Shown here in pieces: positions 40,313-51,410 of a stretch of 64,000 nt of DNA. The notes beneath the pieces are model-generated. The model was not told the origin of the DNA. It made no database searches and worked only from the letters and a program-made list of their open reading frames with translations. Made by a program: the position numbers and the translations under genes. Origin of the DNA: Octopus bimaculoides (lineage: Eukaryota); NCBI RefSeq assembly GCF_001194135.2, contig NC_068984.1:54195543-54259542 (forward strand). The letters run 5' to 3'. How positions within the stretch are numbered: the stretch's first letter is position 1; every line of letters begins with the position of its first letter.

Positions 40313-42093
40313 GATCTCTAGCTACTCTAGGCCGATGTTATTTCTCAATAGGTAATTCACAAGTCATTTAGTAGATTGTGGACGGCTGTAATTTATGACC
40401 GAACACCTCCTGTTAAAGGAACCCAAAATTTTTATTAATCATAGTCGAAAGAAGTAACAATTAATATATAAATAACTACTTAAACAAATGCAGCGCAAAC
40501 AACCGACAAACCAATGTGCTATCTGTACAATTCTTTCGTTTCAGTTATGGCTAAAAAATACACTTTCAGTTCCTGTACTGAATCAAAAAAACATCGCTTT
40601 GCCTTCCAACTAATAAAACTGGCCGCTCTATAAATATAAAGTGTTCAACGTTTCTTCCTTTTATCCCCACTGGATAGGATGGTTAGGTACTATTTGACAC
40701 CTTTTCCATCTCTCAACTGACTAACATACATTCCGAGACAACCTCTGTCTAGACACAAACATTTAGTACTCATAAACTTTTCTTTTTAATATAAAGTGTT
40801 ATTCCCCAAAAGGTAATAAATCTTTTAGAATATTATAGAGAGTGCACACCACCACTTCCCCATCAACAATTGGCCTAAGGCTACACGACTAAATTATATA
40901 TCTACTATATTATACATCGAGTAAAAAAAAAAGAAGTTATTATATAATTACTCCAGTATTAACTACCCACAAAATCTTCTAATGTATACCATGCCTCTAT
41001 AATTAATTGGTCTAAATTTTGGCTAAATATACCCTATGAAAATTCAAAATCTCTGACTATTCTCTATTCTCGTATACGTACGTGTGCACACGTGCGAGTT
41101 TACAAACAATAGCAAAATGTACTCAATGCAGAAGTGGCACGCAAATATTTATTGTTGTGCCAATGTAACTTAATGAAACATGTTTCTGAATGGATTCTGA
41201 TGGCGCAGTTGTCAGAACCTCACTTGAAATGTTTGACTATAAGTGACTCGATGTTTACTTACTTTGAATACAAGCCGTACACTAGGTTGATTTGTCTTTG
41301 ATTTAGTCGTGTGAGACAAAATGAGTAGCAGTAATCTAACTACTCTCTATTGAACCCAATCAAAGCCAATTAATAATATGTTTCTTTTCATTTCACATTG
41401 ATTAATTAGTTTTTCACAGAGATTTACAAACTTCGGTGATATCAATTCTCAAAAAAAAAAAAAGGTAAAATAAATAAAATAAAATAACCAGAATCCGTTT
41501 GTTTTCTCAACAGAAGAGAATATTTATTGAATGGAATTATTAGAACGAATGCCTTAGTTTATTTATTTATTTATTTTCATACTGTTGTTGTACGATGTTT
41601 GAATTGAAATAGTTGCGTCCAACTAAATGTTATGTAATAATGAGTTTCATTCCTCTATTTACTGAGTTCAAATCATTGCTGAGGTCGACCTTTTTCATAA
41701 CGTCTTTTGCTAATAAAAAGACTCCCCTGAGTAACTGCTTCGGTGTATACTTGTATTGAGTGCAAACCATACGAGCTGTAGGTTTTATTTTTCATTGCAC
41801 TGAGTTGAATAGAATGAACAGCATCAACAAAGGTTTCTGATTTAGGTACAAGGACATTAATTTTCCCGAGGGAAAATTCGTTAATATCATCAACCCCAGT
41901 TCTTAAATTGGTTCTTTATTTTATATACCTCGAAATGATGACAGGCAAAATTAACTTCATCAGGATTTGAACTCAAAACATAAGCAGTCGGAATGAACAA
42001 AACTAATTATACGAATACTACCAGTTCGATCGTATCTGCATTTCTATTGTCGCTTCATGCAACGTTTCCCTGCTTTCTTTTTCTGTTTTTTAG

Positions 42094-42232
42094 TGTATTT
42101 ATCTCCATCTGAGCAAGTACAAAACCTTTTAGGTGAGGTTGAAGATGAGGAACACGTCACGCATGATGTCTTCTGTCAAATGGATAACCTGCAGTGTACT
42201 AATGGAGAATATCATTGGAGTGAAGCTGCCAG
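42094..42232 (+). CDS. SLC4: Internal coding exon of an SLC4-family bicarbonate transporter
   Basis: Acceptor ctttttctgttttttAG (42092-93), donor GTaaga (42233). 139 nt, phase 1-2. Encodes YLSPSEQVQNLLGEVEDEEHVTHDVFCQMDNLQCTNGEYHWSEAAR, aligning by eye with the SLC4 motif PSQRVQFILG..DEEH..HDLFTE(L/M)DEL....YEWKETAR. The expected next exon (W[LV]KFEEDVE) was not found in the window. Confidence 0.92.
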
Positions 42233-43068
42233 GTAAGAAACATCACTTAACTTACAGTATTTTTAGCCAACGAGTAATGTCACTCCACCCGCTAAAAATA
42301 GTGGTCAAATTTCCTTCAGATCATTCATACTATCATTTTAAGAAAGGACATTTTGGATTAGGTAAATGAAGTCGCGTAGTTACGATGTTGGGCTCGTGAT
42401 TACAAGGTCGTAGGATCTCATAATTCAGGATCGAGTGACATGTATTTTTGAGCAAAGCCTTAAGTTCATGTTACTCCAGTAAAATCAGATGAAAATGAGT
42501 ACCAGCCGAGTACTGGTGCAACTCCATCTCCCTCCTCCAGTAGTTACATCCTGGTTGTTCTTCGCAGTAAGGGTTGGAAGCTTGAGTAGGTAACTACATA
42601 TACTTGAAACTACATGGGCATGTAAAACAATTAGTGAAATATGGTTGTTACATGTTACCAAGCCAGACTCACCTACGAGTGACTGCTATAAGTTGGGTCG
42701 GGGGGGCAATACAACCAGTAAACTGTATAAAACAAGACGAGATGGTCTTGATTGGAATACATACTGTCATAGCTCTGCTCGATCGAGCAGCAATTACAAC
42801 AGCTGCTTCTCGTATTTAAACCTAGAAACTATTTGGAGCTGACGAGGAACGTTCGAATATGAATTTGTCTATGAGGGGCATCCAACCACAGAAACTATGT
42901 CACAAGAGACAGCTCCCCGCTTGGCCAGCTTCATGTCAAACCGTCCAACTCATGCCAGTGTGGAAAACGGGCGTTAAACGATGATGATGATGATTATGAT
43001 AAAAAGGAAATGTTTAGCGTTTGAGATAGTACCACTTATTGCTGAACGACTATTTCCTGATGGTGTGT

Positions 43069-43127
<59 letters not shown>

Positions 43128-43169
43128 TATGGAAAGATAAGAGCAATCTGAGGGTCAGAAGAAAGGAAG

Positions 43170-43440
43170 CGAAATCTGTGAGAATAGCCCGTTGAAGTAA
43201 CAGAGCTGTTGAACGTAAAGTAGAAAGAAAGGGAAGTGGGAATAGTTGTGGTGTATGCGTGATAGGATTCGGTCAGTGACCAGGCCGGGAGCAGCGCAGT
43301 GTTGGCTGTAAATTCGGGATAACCCCGTGCAAAAAAGAAATGGAGCAGATAAGAAGGAAGGTTGTGATATAAATGTAAGTCAGTGAGTTCATTAGGTACC
43401 GAGAAGATGGATGCACCGATGGTCTTAACGATGAGCACTC
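43170..43440 (-). mobile_element. Old CR1-like LINE 3' remnant
   Basis: YLLHFFFARGYPEF...SYHAYTTTIPT loosely resembles CR1 C-terminal LFYRYFHG..SEL..SHPYTV.IP. Confidence 0.4.
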
Positions 43441-43532
43441 GGTTGTTCGATTAGGTGAACGCCTGGTTCATTAAATTAATCATTAAGTGGTTGAGTATTC
43501 TGCAGACGTGTACCCTTAGCATGATATTCAGA

Positions 43533-43660
43533 TAACCACATGGTTCCGGGTTCAGTCTCACTGCGTGGCATCTTTGGCAAATGTCTTCTATTATAGCCTC
43601 GGGCCAAAGCCTTGTGAGTGGATTTGGTAGACAGAAACTAAAAGAAACCCGTCGTATATA
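43533..43660 (+). mobile_element. SINE family B 5' half
   Basis: aaccacatggttccgggttcagtc.cactgcgtggca..ttgtgagtggatttggtagac; runs into a gap. Confidence 0.8.
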
Positions 43661-43899
43661 TATATATATATATNNNNNNNNNNNNNNNNNNNNNNNNNNN
43701 NNNNNNNNNNNNNNNNNNNNNNNNNNNNNNNNNNNNNNNNNNNNNNNNNNNNNNNNNNNNNNNNNNNNNNNNNNNNNNNNNNNNNNNNNNNNNNNNNNNN
43801 NNNNNNNNNNNNNNNNNNNNNNNNNNNNNNNNNNNNNNNNNNNNNNNNNNNNNNNNNNNNNNNNNNNNNNNNNNNNNNNNNNNNNNNNNNNNNNNNNNN

Positions 43900-43931
<32 letters not shown>

Positions 43932-44090
43932 CGACGGGCTTCTTTATATATAATTTAGAGAAAAACCACTGTTAAATAATTCAATAATGTAATTCATACC
44001 CTCTAGAAAATAAATATATCATAAAAACCTAATTCTAAAAATCAATAAAGTACATTAAAAAAAGTAGTAAGTGGTATAAAATGACTACGC

Positions 44091-44273
44091 ACGTTTCGTG
44101 GCTATATTTTCAAATAGATAACTAATAAAACCAATTCGATTAATAATCAAATCGATCTAAAATTAGACCTGACGAGTGACTATATTTTTGAATAGATTTA
44201 ATTGTAGATCGATTTGATTATTAATCGAATTGGTTTTATTAGTTATCTATTTGAAAATATAGCCACGAAACGT
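44091..44273. repeat. Perfect 69-bp inverted repeat with 45-bp spacer
   Basis: 44091-44159 is the exact reverse complement of 44205-44273. Confidence 0.95.
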
Positions 44274-44274
44274 A
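44166..44274 (+). ncRNA. Hammerhead ribozyme-like motif with long stem II (second family), stem I 3' strand missing
   Basis: GAC-CTGACGA (44169-75)-GTGACTATATTTT...AAAATATAGCCAC-GAAA (44267-70)-CGTA. Confidence 0.65.
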
Positions 44275-45108
44275 GAAAGTTGTGAAATTTTCCCTTATCG
44301 AAGTACGATAAGCTAAAAAAAAAGGTTAATTTTATAGTTCACGGTTAGCAACAGGGGTTGTTGTATATGCGAATTAACATCCAAAATTTAGGGAATGGAG
44401 TAGATAAAATCCAGGCTACATATGTTTCACAACTTGCGGAATCTCGGAAGTGATAAGTTATCCAAATGAGGGGTAGACTGTAAGCTACTCTTCAGGCCAA
44501 AGATACCGTGATTATAGGAAGTTTACATTGTCATTTTGAGATCCCGTGTAAATTCATTGGGGGATTCGATCGATGTGTGTGTGTGTTTCTTTGTGTCTGT
44601 GCTTGTCCCCCCACCACTGCGTGATGACTGGTGTTGGTGTGTTACGCCCCCGTAACTTAGTGGTTCAACAAAAGAAAGAGTTCGATAGAATAAGAACCAG
44701 GCTTTAAAATATAAGTACTGGGGTCTATTCATTCGACTAAATAATTCTTCAAAACAGCGCCCCAGCATGGCTACAGTCTAATGGCTGAGACAAGAAAAAG
44801 ATAAATCCATCCAACAGGGTTCCACACAGTTTCCGTCTAATTTTATTCATAATGTTTAGGTTGACCCGAAGCTATGGTAAAAACACTTGCTCAAGATACC
44901 ACGCTATGGAATCGAAACCAGAACTTAATTATTGCAAAGTGAATTTTTTTAATCGAGATTTGAGGGTTATCAATGGCGACAGAGATGTGGAGGAAAGTGA
45001 CAGAAGTAGCAGAAATGGTAGATTCGAGAGCAAGGGGTCTTGTGGATGTTGTTATTGTTTCTGCTCAAATATTCCAACTATGATGGTTTTGACTGTTTAG
45101 TGCAGTGT

Positions 45109-46010
45109 TTCTCAATCATTTTTGTCTATGGATCCCTTTGATTCCTGTTTTAATTACAATATGGAGAATTTACCGAAAAATATAGAATACGAAGAACTGA
45201 AATTACGATACGGTATATATATTATGAAGGACAGGCATAAAGGCAAGTAAGTGATGTTACTTGATGGGGCAGGTAACATCACTTCCATTTCTCATTTTTT
45301 CATTCTTACATATTACCATTCGTTATTTTAATTTCTTTCTTCTGATTTCATCTTCTTTTTGTATTTTTATTTCCCCGAGTTTGTGTTTGTTGCGTTGGTA
45401 TTGTCTCTATGTGTTGTAATGTGGAGGGGCAATAGCCTAGTGGTTAGGGCAGCGGACTCGCGATCATAGGATCGCGGTTTCGATTCCCGGACCGGGCGTT
45501 GTGTGTGTTTATTGAGCGAAAACACCTAAAGCTCCACGAGGCTCCGGCAAGGGATGGTGGCGAACCCTGCTGTACTCTTTCACCACAACTTTCTCTCACT
45601 CTTACTTTCTGTTGTGCCTGTAATTCAAAGGGTCAGCCTTGTCACACTGTGTCACGCTGAATATCCCCGAGAACTACGTTAAAGCTACACGTGTTTGTGG
45701 AGTGCTCAGCCACTTGCACGTTAATTTCACGAGCAGGCTGTTTCGTTGATCGGATCAACTGGAACCCTCGACGTCGTAAGCGACGGAGTGCCAACAACAA
45801 CATATGTGTTGTAATGTTAATGGAAGATTTTTTGTTTTACCTTTTATAGGCAATAAAAAAATCGATCCCTTTGATTCCTGTTTTACTCAGATGGACCCTT
45901 CTAGCCATTCGATGTTTAAAAGAATCATATATTTTTACAATTAAATATTATTAGGAATTGTTTTTAAAAAAATTGATAAAATATTTTGTGTATTGTAGAA
46001 GTAAAGACCC
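45109..46010 (+). mobile_element. hAT-type MITE interrupted by a nested insertion
   Basis: cagtgtttctcaa.cattttt..ctatgga start; resumes at 45864; related (reverse orientation) to 46994-47251; 21-bp duplication at 45131-45151 and 45864-45884. Confidence 0.6.
45421..45802 (+). mobile_element. SINE family A, full length
   Basis: TSD tatgtgttgtaat at 45408-45420 and 45803-45815; (AAC)n tail. Confidence 0.92.
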
Positions 46011-46011
46011 C

Positions 46012-46347
46012 CTTTGGTCATGAATGACCATGAGATTGCACCTACTAAGTTCCCCTACGAGTCACAAGTCCGGGAAAGGGTGTTTTTGTTGAAGGCCGGC
46101 AGTCGCCCATTTATACCAGCCTCCCCTCTCCTTGCTATAGGTGTTGTCCAAGGGAAAGACAAAAGCCGATACAGCTTGGCATTAGTGACGTCGCAACTCA
46201 TTTCTACAGCTGAATGAACTGGAACAACAGGAAATAAAGTGTTTTGCTCAAGAACCTAACTCGCAGCTCGGTCCGGGAATCGAACTCACTAACTCATGAT
46301 TGTGAGTTCGACGCTCTAACCACTGAGCGATTGAGCCATGCGCCTTG
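46012..46347 (-). mobile_element. SINE family E (A2-type head, third type of 3' body)
   Basis: Reverse complement of aaggcgcatggctca..gtggttagagcg..gagttcgattcccgga..gttcttgagcaaaacactttatttc, followed by an unrelated tail. Confidence 0.7.
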
Positions 46348-46993
46348 CGGGAATGTAGGACGATTATTTTTATGCGTTGTTTTTTTTAATATTTTATATA
46401 TAAGACGGTATGGCATAGCAGTCTTAACAATTATATAAAAGCTTCACTTATTAGAAAGTTGAAATTGTTGATACAGGAAAGGAAGAGCGTGTGTTTACCA
46501 GAGAGAGAGAGTGTGTGTGTGTGTGTATTCGGTAACTTAGATGTCAACCTCGTTATAACCATGAAGAGGTTGGTATAAACGAGTCCATTTTTACCACTCA
46601 TGCTCAGAAGGGAGAATAGTTAATGGTTGATGTGAAGCCATTGGTGCTGCGCCGTAGTCCTGTTAAGGTAACACCTACTGTTTCACTTTGTTGTTGTGGT
46701 GGTAGTTTAATTCCAAGTTTTCATTGATCAAAGACAAATTAATCTGGCTATTACGTCTTGTTTTCAATATTAGTATCGCAAGGAGAATACATTATCCAAT
46801 ATGTTCTTCCTATTTCAAGGGAAATTGAGGGGACTTGGCTAGTATTTCTACACATCGACAGCTCTGGTATTCTTCTAGAAGTTGATTTATATGCAAACAA
46901 GCCGGGACAATGGGGGATCTTGATATACTAGAAATAACAGCCAAATCTTTATATTACGATCTACCGTCTTCAAAAGGAAAGACACATTAGGAT

Positions 46994-47251
46994 CAGTGAT
47001 TCTCAACCAAGGTCCATATGACCCTTAGGGGTCCATATAAGATATTTTTTTGTTAAAGCTTGTGTGCAATAAATTGGTTATGCTTCTACAATACACGAAA
47101 TATTTCAATTTTTTTTATGCAATCTCTAATAATATTTAATTATAAATGTATAATAGGATTTTTTTAAAAATATCGAATAACTATAAGCGTCCAACCAAGT
47201 AAAAACAAGAATCAAAGGTGTCCATAGGCAAAGAATGGTTAAGAAACACTG
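46994..47251. mobile_element. hAT-type MITE
   Basis: TIRs cagtgattctcaacca / tggttaagaaacactg; flanks cattag(g)at / cattagat resemble an 8-bp TSD. Confidence 0.8.
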
Positions 47252-47263
47252 CATTAGATAAAG

Positions 47264-47820
47264 CGGATTTTTTCCCAACTGAACAGTTTCAAACTTCAGA
47301 CACTGCTAGAATGTGTCATATAAAACATCGTTTACTCTTAGTGTTGTTGAGAAAAGTTTCTATTTTCAAAGTTATTTCGTGTTAAAGTTGTCGTATTTCG
47401 GTAATTTCAATCAATCAATGACGTGTATTCAGCTGAATAAAATTACTGCTGTTGTTTGTCAACAACAACTTCCGGCGATGTATATTTCGTTTGTCACTGT
47501 TATTTATGACATATTTCATCTCAGTTACGTTTGTATGAATAAACGAGTGTATCTGAAGCATGCTTACTTCATGGCATCACCATGATCTTTCGTGCATTTC
47601 TACTGTTTTAAGTTTTTTTCTCCTGTTTTTCAGCTACTATTTTCGGAGACTTTTTTGCCCCAACCCACCTTCCCCCTCCAATTTCTTCATTTTTCACTTT
47701 TTTCCGTAACTCTAACCTTAAAACCCCAACCCTAATCCTAAAACCCTAACCCTAAAGCCAGTACAAACACACGAACGATGTCTTAGATAACAGTGACAAA
47801 CGAAATATATATTGGTTAGA
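47264..47820. mobile_element. Older relative of the telomeric-core TIR element
   Basis: Shares aaactt..acact..tagaatgtgtcatataaaacatc..gttaaagttgtcgtatttc with 60375-60922; degenerate (CCCTAA)n at ~47705-47755; internal IR atatttcgtttgtcactgttat / ataacagtgacaaacgaaatat. Confidence 0.65.
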
Positions 47821-50104
47821 GTTGAGCTGGGGCAAAACAACAATAGAAGATTGCTTGTATCAATTAGTGGATACAGATAAGCTTCAAAGGCATTGGCGGC
47901 ATTAAAGCAGTGAAACTGTTCTAACTGGGATTTGAAAGTCAAACCCAGTCTTGAAACATCAGAAACTTCTTACTGAATTTATCATGCGATTCTCAGGAGC
48001 AATGTCTTAAAAGGTGTAAGAGATTATATTCCAAGCACGAGACCAATTAACTATTCAGAGAATCGGAATTATTTTATCAGCTGCTGAAGCAGTTAATTCC
48101 TGTTGCTAAGGTGAAACAAAATTCATCCACAATTCTGCTTTCTTTTCATCACATTATAATCCACAGAGCTTTTCTTTAGATTTTCATTCTAACTTTTCAT
48201 TAAACCCTCACACGCTTTTACTTAGATCACCGTTGAATAATTCTGTTTCCGTGGAATATAAAAAATAACCGATCGTAGTTAACACAGGCTGGACTTAGTA
48301 GCATTGCTTAGTTTCTTATGTACTTGTAAGCAAAATAAGTTTCAATCCGTAAAGAAGGAAAGAATAAAAACTCTTTTCTACGAATAAGACTAACTACTAT
48401 AATGCATCAAATGGAAATGCTTCATTGTTTGAAACTATTGGAAACTTTGGGAAAGAGGTTTGTTTTAAGATTTGCTTAATTACATTTGTGATGCTAAAAC
48501 AATTAGGATTAACCGTAAACCTACTGCTTTTGCATAGACTGTCACACAAAACACATAGTTCTATTTTTCTCTGCACACGTACGCACGCACACACACACAC
48601 ACACGCATAAAAGAAGTAGCGTTTATCGCTACATCAATATGGCTGTTCAACGTTACTAACGTCTAACCCCAGGCAGAGCATGCGTCACTTGGTTATCGGT
48701 GCAATCTGCACTCTGTATATATTGCAAGCAGGGGAGCGAACCCATACTATCTTCTGAAAGACGACGGGATCAACAGACCGAACGATTTCAGGCTGTTTGT
48801 CCCTACCTTTAGTAGTGCACCGATAACCAGCTGGGGGAGGCTCTTCCTGGGATTAAACAGTAGTAATGTCGAACAGTCATATTGATGTGACGATAAACAT
48901 TACTTTTTAGTATAGTTACTACTTCCTTCTCTTACTGAGATTTTCTAACTAGCTACTTTGCTTGTTTTATATATATATATGACTTTTACTATTTTAAGAG
49001 GTCATAAAACGGATCAGATTTATGAGAGAAAAAAATATCTTATCTTTGTAAGTATTCAAACAGATTTAAAGATTTTTTCTTTTGATGGCTTACTCAGAAG
49101 AAGACACGAAGCGCCCGCGACAATTTGTCAGGGCTTGTAGGACGAAGAGAGGAATTTGTTCTCAAACTAGAGACCTGACTTGGAAGTTTGCAACAGACTG
49201 GATTACGCTAAACATATCCAATATTAAAATAGTAATCAAAGTGTCCATAGATAAAAAATGGTTGAGAACTCCTGGTCAAGATGTTCGATCAAATGGACCA
49301 CCTATTCTGTGAATTAGCGGGCAAAGTGACTGAATATTCCACAGTCAGTGTACCCATAACATAACTCGGAGGTAGAATCAACGTAATAGAAACATATCAA
49401 GGCTGGACCTTTGAATTAAAGGTACGATCCATCTGACGGGCTTCTAGTCATTCTCCGTCTATCCAAATTCACTTACAAGGTTTCCGTCGACACAAGACTA
49501 TGGGAGAGGTACTTAACTAAGATTAAATGCCGTGAAATCGAATCTAGAAAAGAAAGGAAATTTCTATTATAAAACAAATAACATAAAATGAGGAACAAGT
49601 ATGACCATTCGATATTTACTTAATATGAAATAAAATATTGCTATGATTCGTGACGGTGCATCATAAAGACAATTTAAATGAGTCTACTTGTTGGGCAATT
49701 TAACAATCAAAAAGGGAATGTAACATCATCTAAGATAGATATTAGAATTATAGAACTTTTAAATTTGCCGATTAAGCGATTGTTTTTCTCAGGCTACCAA
49801 TGAGTTGAACGTGTTTTACTCATTGACCATAATTGATCCAGGTTAGCAAATTCTAAGTTTCTGGACGAAGGGAGTAATTTGCGCCTGCATTCAAACGTAC
49901 CTGCCGAAGCAGAGTGAATCGTTCATATATTTTCCGAATGGTAGACAGTTCGTACTGCGCTAGTTCCCCGACAAAGTTGCTTAACAGCCAATGAGCAACT
50001 TTATCAATCCGTAACTGAGCACCGCAAATAATTACAACGCCTCACACAAGGCATTGCAAGCTCTGTAAAGTTAATATGCATTTATGAAACTTCAAGGGAT
50101 TAAT

Positions 50105-50520
50105 TCCTAGCCACACAGGGATGTGTGATTAAGAAGTTTGCATCCCAGCCTTGTGATCTCGAGTTCAGTCATACTGCATGGCACTTTAGGAAAGTGTCTT
50201 CTGCTGTAACCCTGGGCCGACTAAAGACTTCTGAGTAGATTTGGTAGATGGAAACTGAAAGAAGCCCATCGTGCATGTGCGTGTTTGTGCTTCTTTGTCT
50301 TGTCACCGTATGATAGTTATAAACGAGTCCACCGTCATACAAGCGGTGTCATTCGTTTCCACTCCTCCATAGCGACATGTCCGGATGGAGAAATATTATC
50401 TTGCTTGGATAAAAAGTGCGGATTGGTGATAAGAAGGGCTTTCAGCCATAGAAAATCTACCTCATTGAATTCTGTCCGACCCATGCAAGCATGGAAATGT
50501 AGACGTTTAAACTATAAAGA
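50105..50520 (+). mobile_element. SINE with family-B head and alternative 3' body
   Basis: gagttcagtcatactgc..aagtgtcttctgct..gaaactgaaagaagcccatcg, then gatagttataaacgag..gaaatattatcttgctt; similar tail at ~7700-7900. Confidence 0.7.
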
Positions 50521-51124
50521 TAACGATGCAACTCGTGCTCAAAAATGGCTCAGTTTCTTGCTACAACAATATTTCTTACTTTATCCTCATTACATTTGAC
50601 CTACTCCTCTAGCAGTAGTAACTCGAGGGTTTTCTGCCTGACTAACGATTTATTTATTGAATCACTACATAAACAAGTAGGTGTTTGGCGTCTTTTAACT
50701 CTATCTGTAATAACCGCAATTAGACAATTCTACTGCCCTTGTTAATCTTTTATGTGAAATGAAACGTAGTGAATATAAATACTTTTAGTTGCACCAATGC
50801 ATCACTAATGATTTATGAATAATTGTACCTACATATCTTTGTAAACTAAAGTATGTAAAACATATATACGTACAACTATTTTGTGTTAGCGAACAAGCGT
50901 AGGTATGCAACATATGTTGTACATATATTTGAATACATATATTCAACGGATAAAATGTCAATTCCGCCAAAATCAACTTTGCTTTCCATCATTCTCGAAT
51001 CAGTAATACAAATGCCAGTTAAGTGGTAGGCTCATTTTCGGCCGGTTTGATAAGACAGCTGTTCATCTTAGTCTTTAAAAAGAGTACTTGTTTCGTTGCA
51101 GTGGACTGTTCCCCTCTAAAGTTT

Positions 51125-51283
51125 AGAGGCATGGCTGTGTGGTAAGTAGCTTGCTTATCAACCACATAGTTTCGGGTTCAGTCCCACTGCGTGGCACCTT
51201 GGGCCACTGTCTTCTACTATAGCCTCGGGACAACCAAAGCCTTGTGAGTGGATTTAGTAGACGGAAACCGAAAGAAGCCCGTC

Positions 51284-51330
<47 letters not shown>

Positions 51331-51410
51331 TATATGTTTGTGTGTCTGTGTTTGCCCCCCATCATCGCTTGACAACCGATGTTGGTGTGTTTACGTCCCC
51401 GTAACTTAGC
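51125..51410 (+). mobile_element. SINE family B, 3'-truncated
   Basis: ggcatggctgtgtggtaagtagcttgctt..gaaagaagcccgtcg(TA)n..cccgtaacttagcg. Confidence 0.85.
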
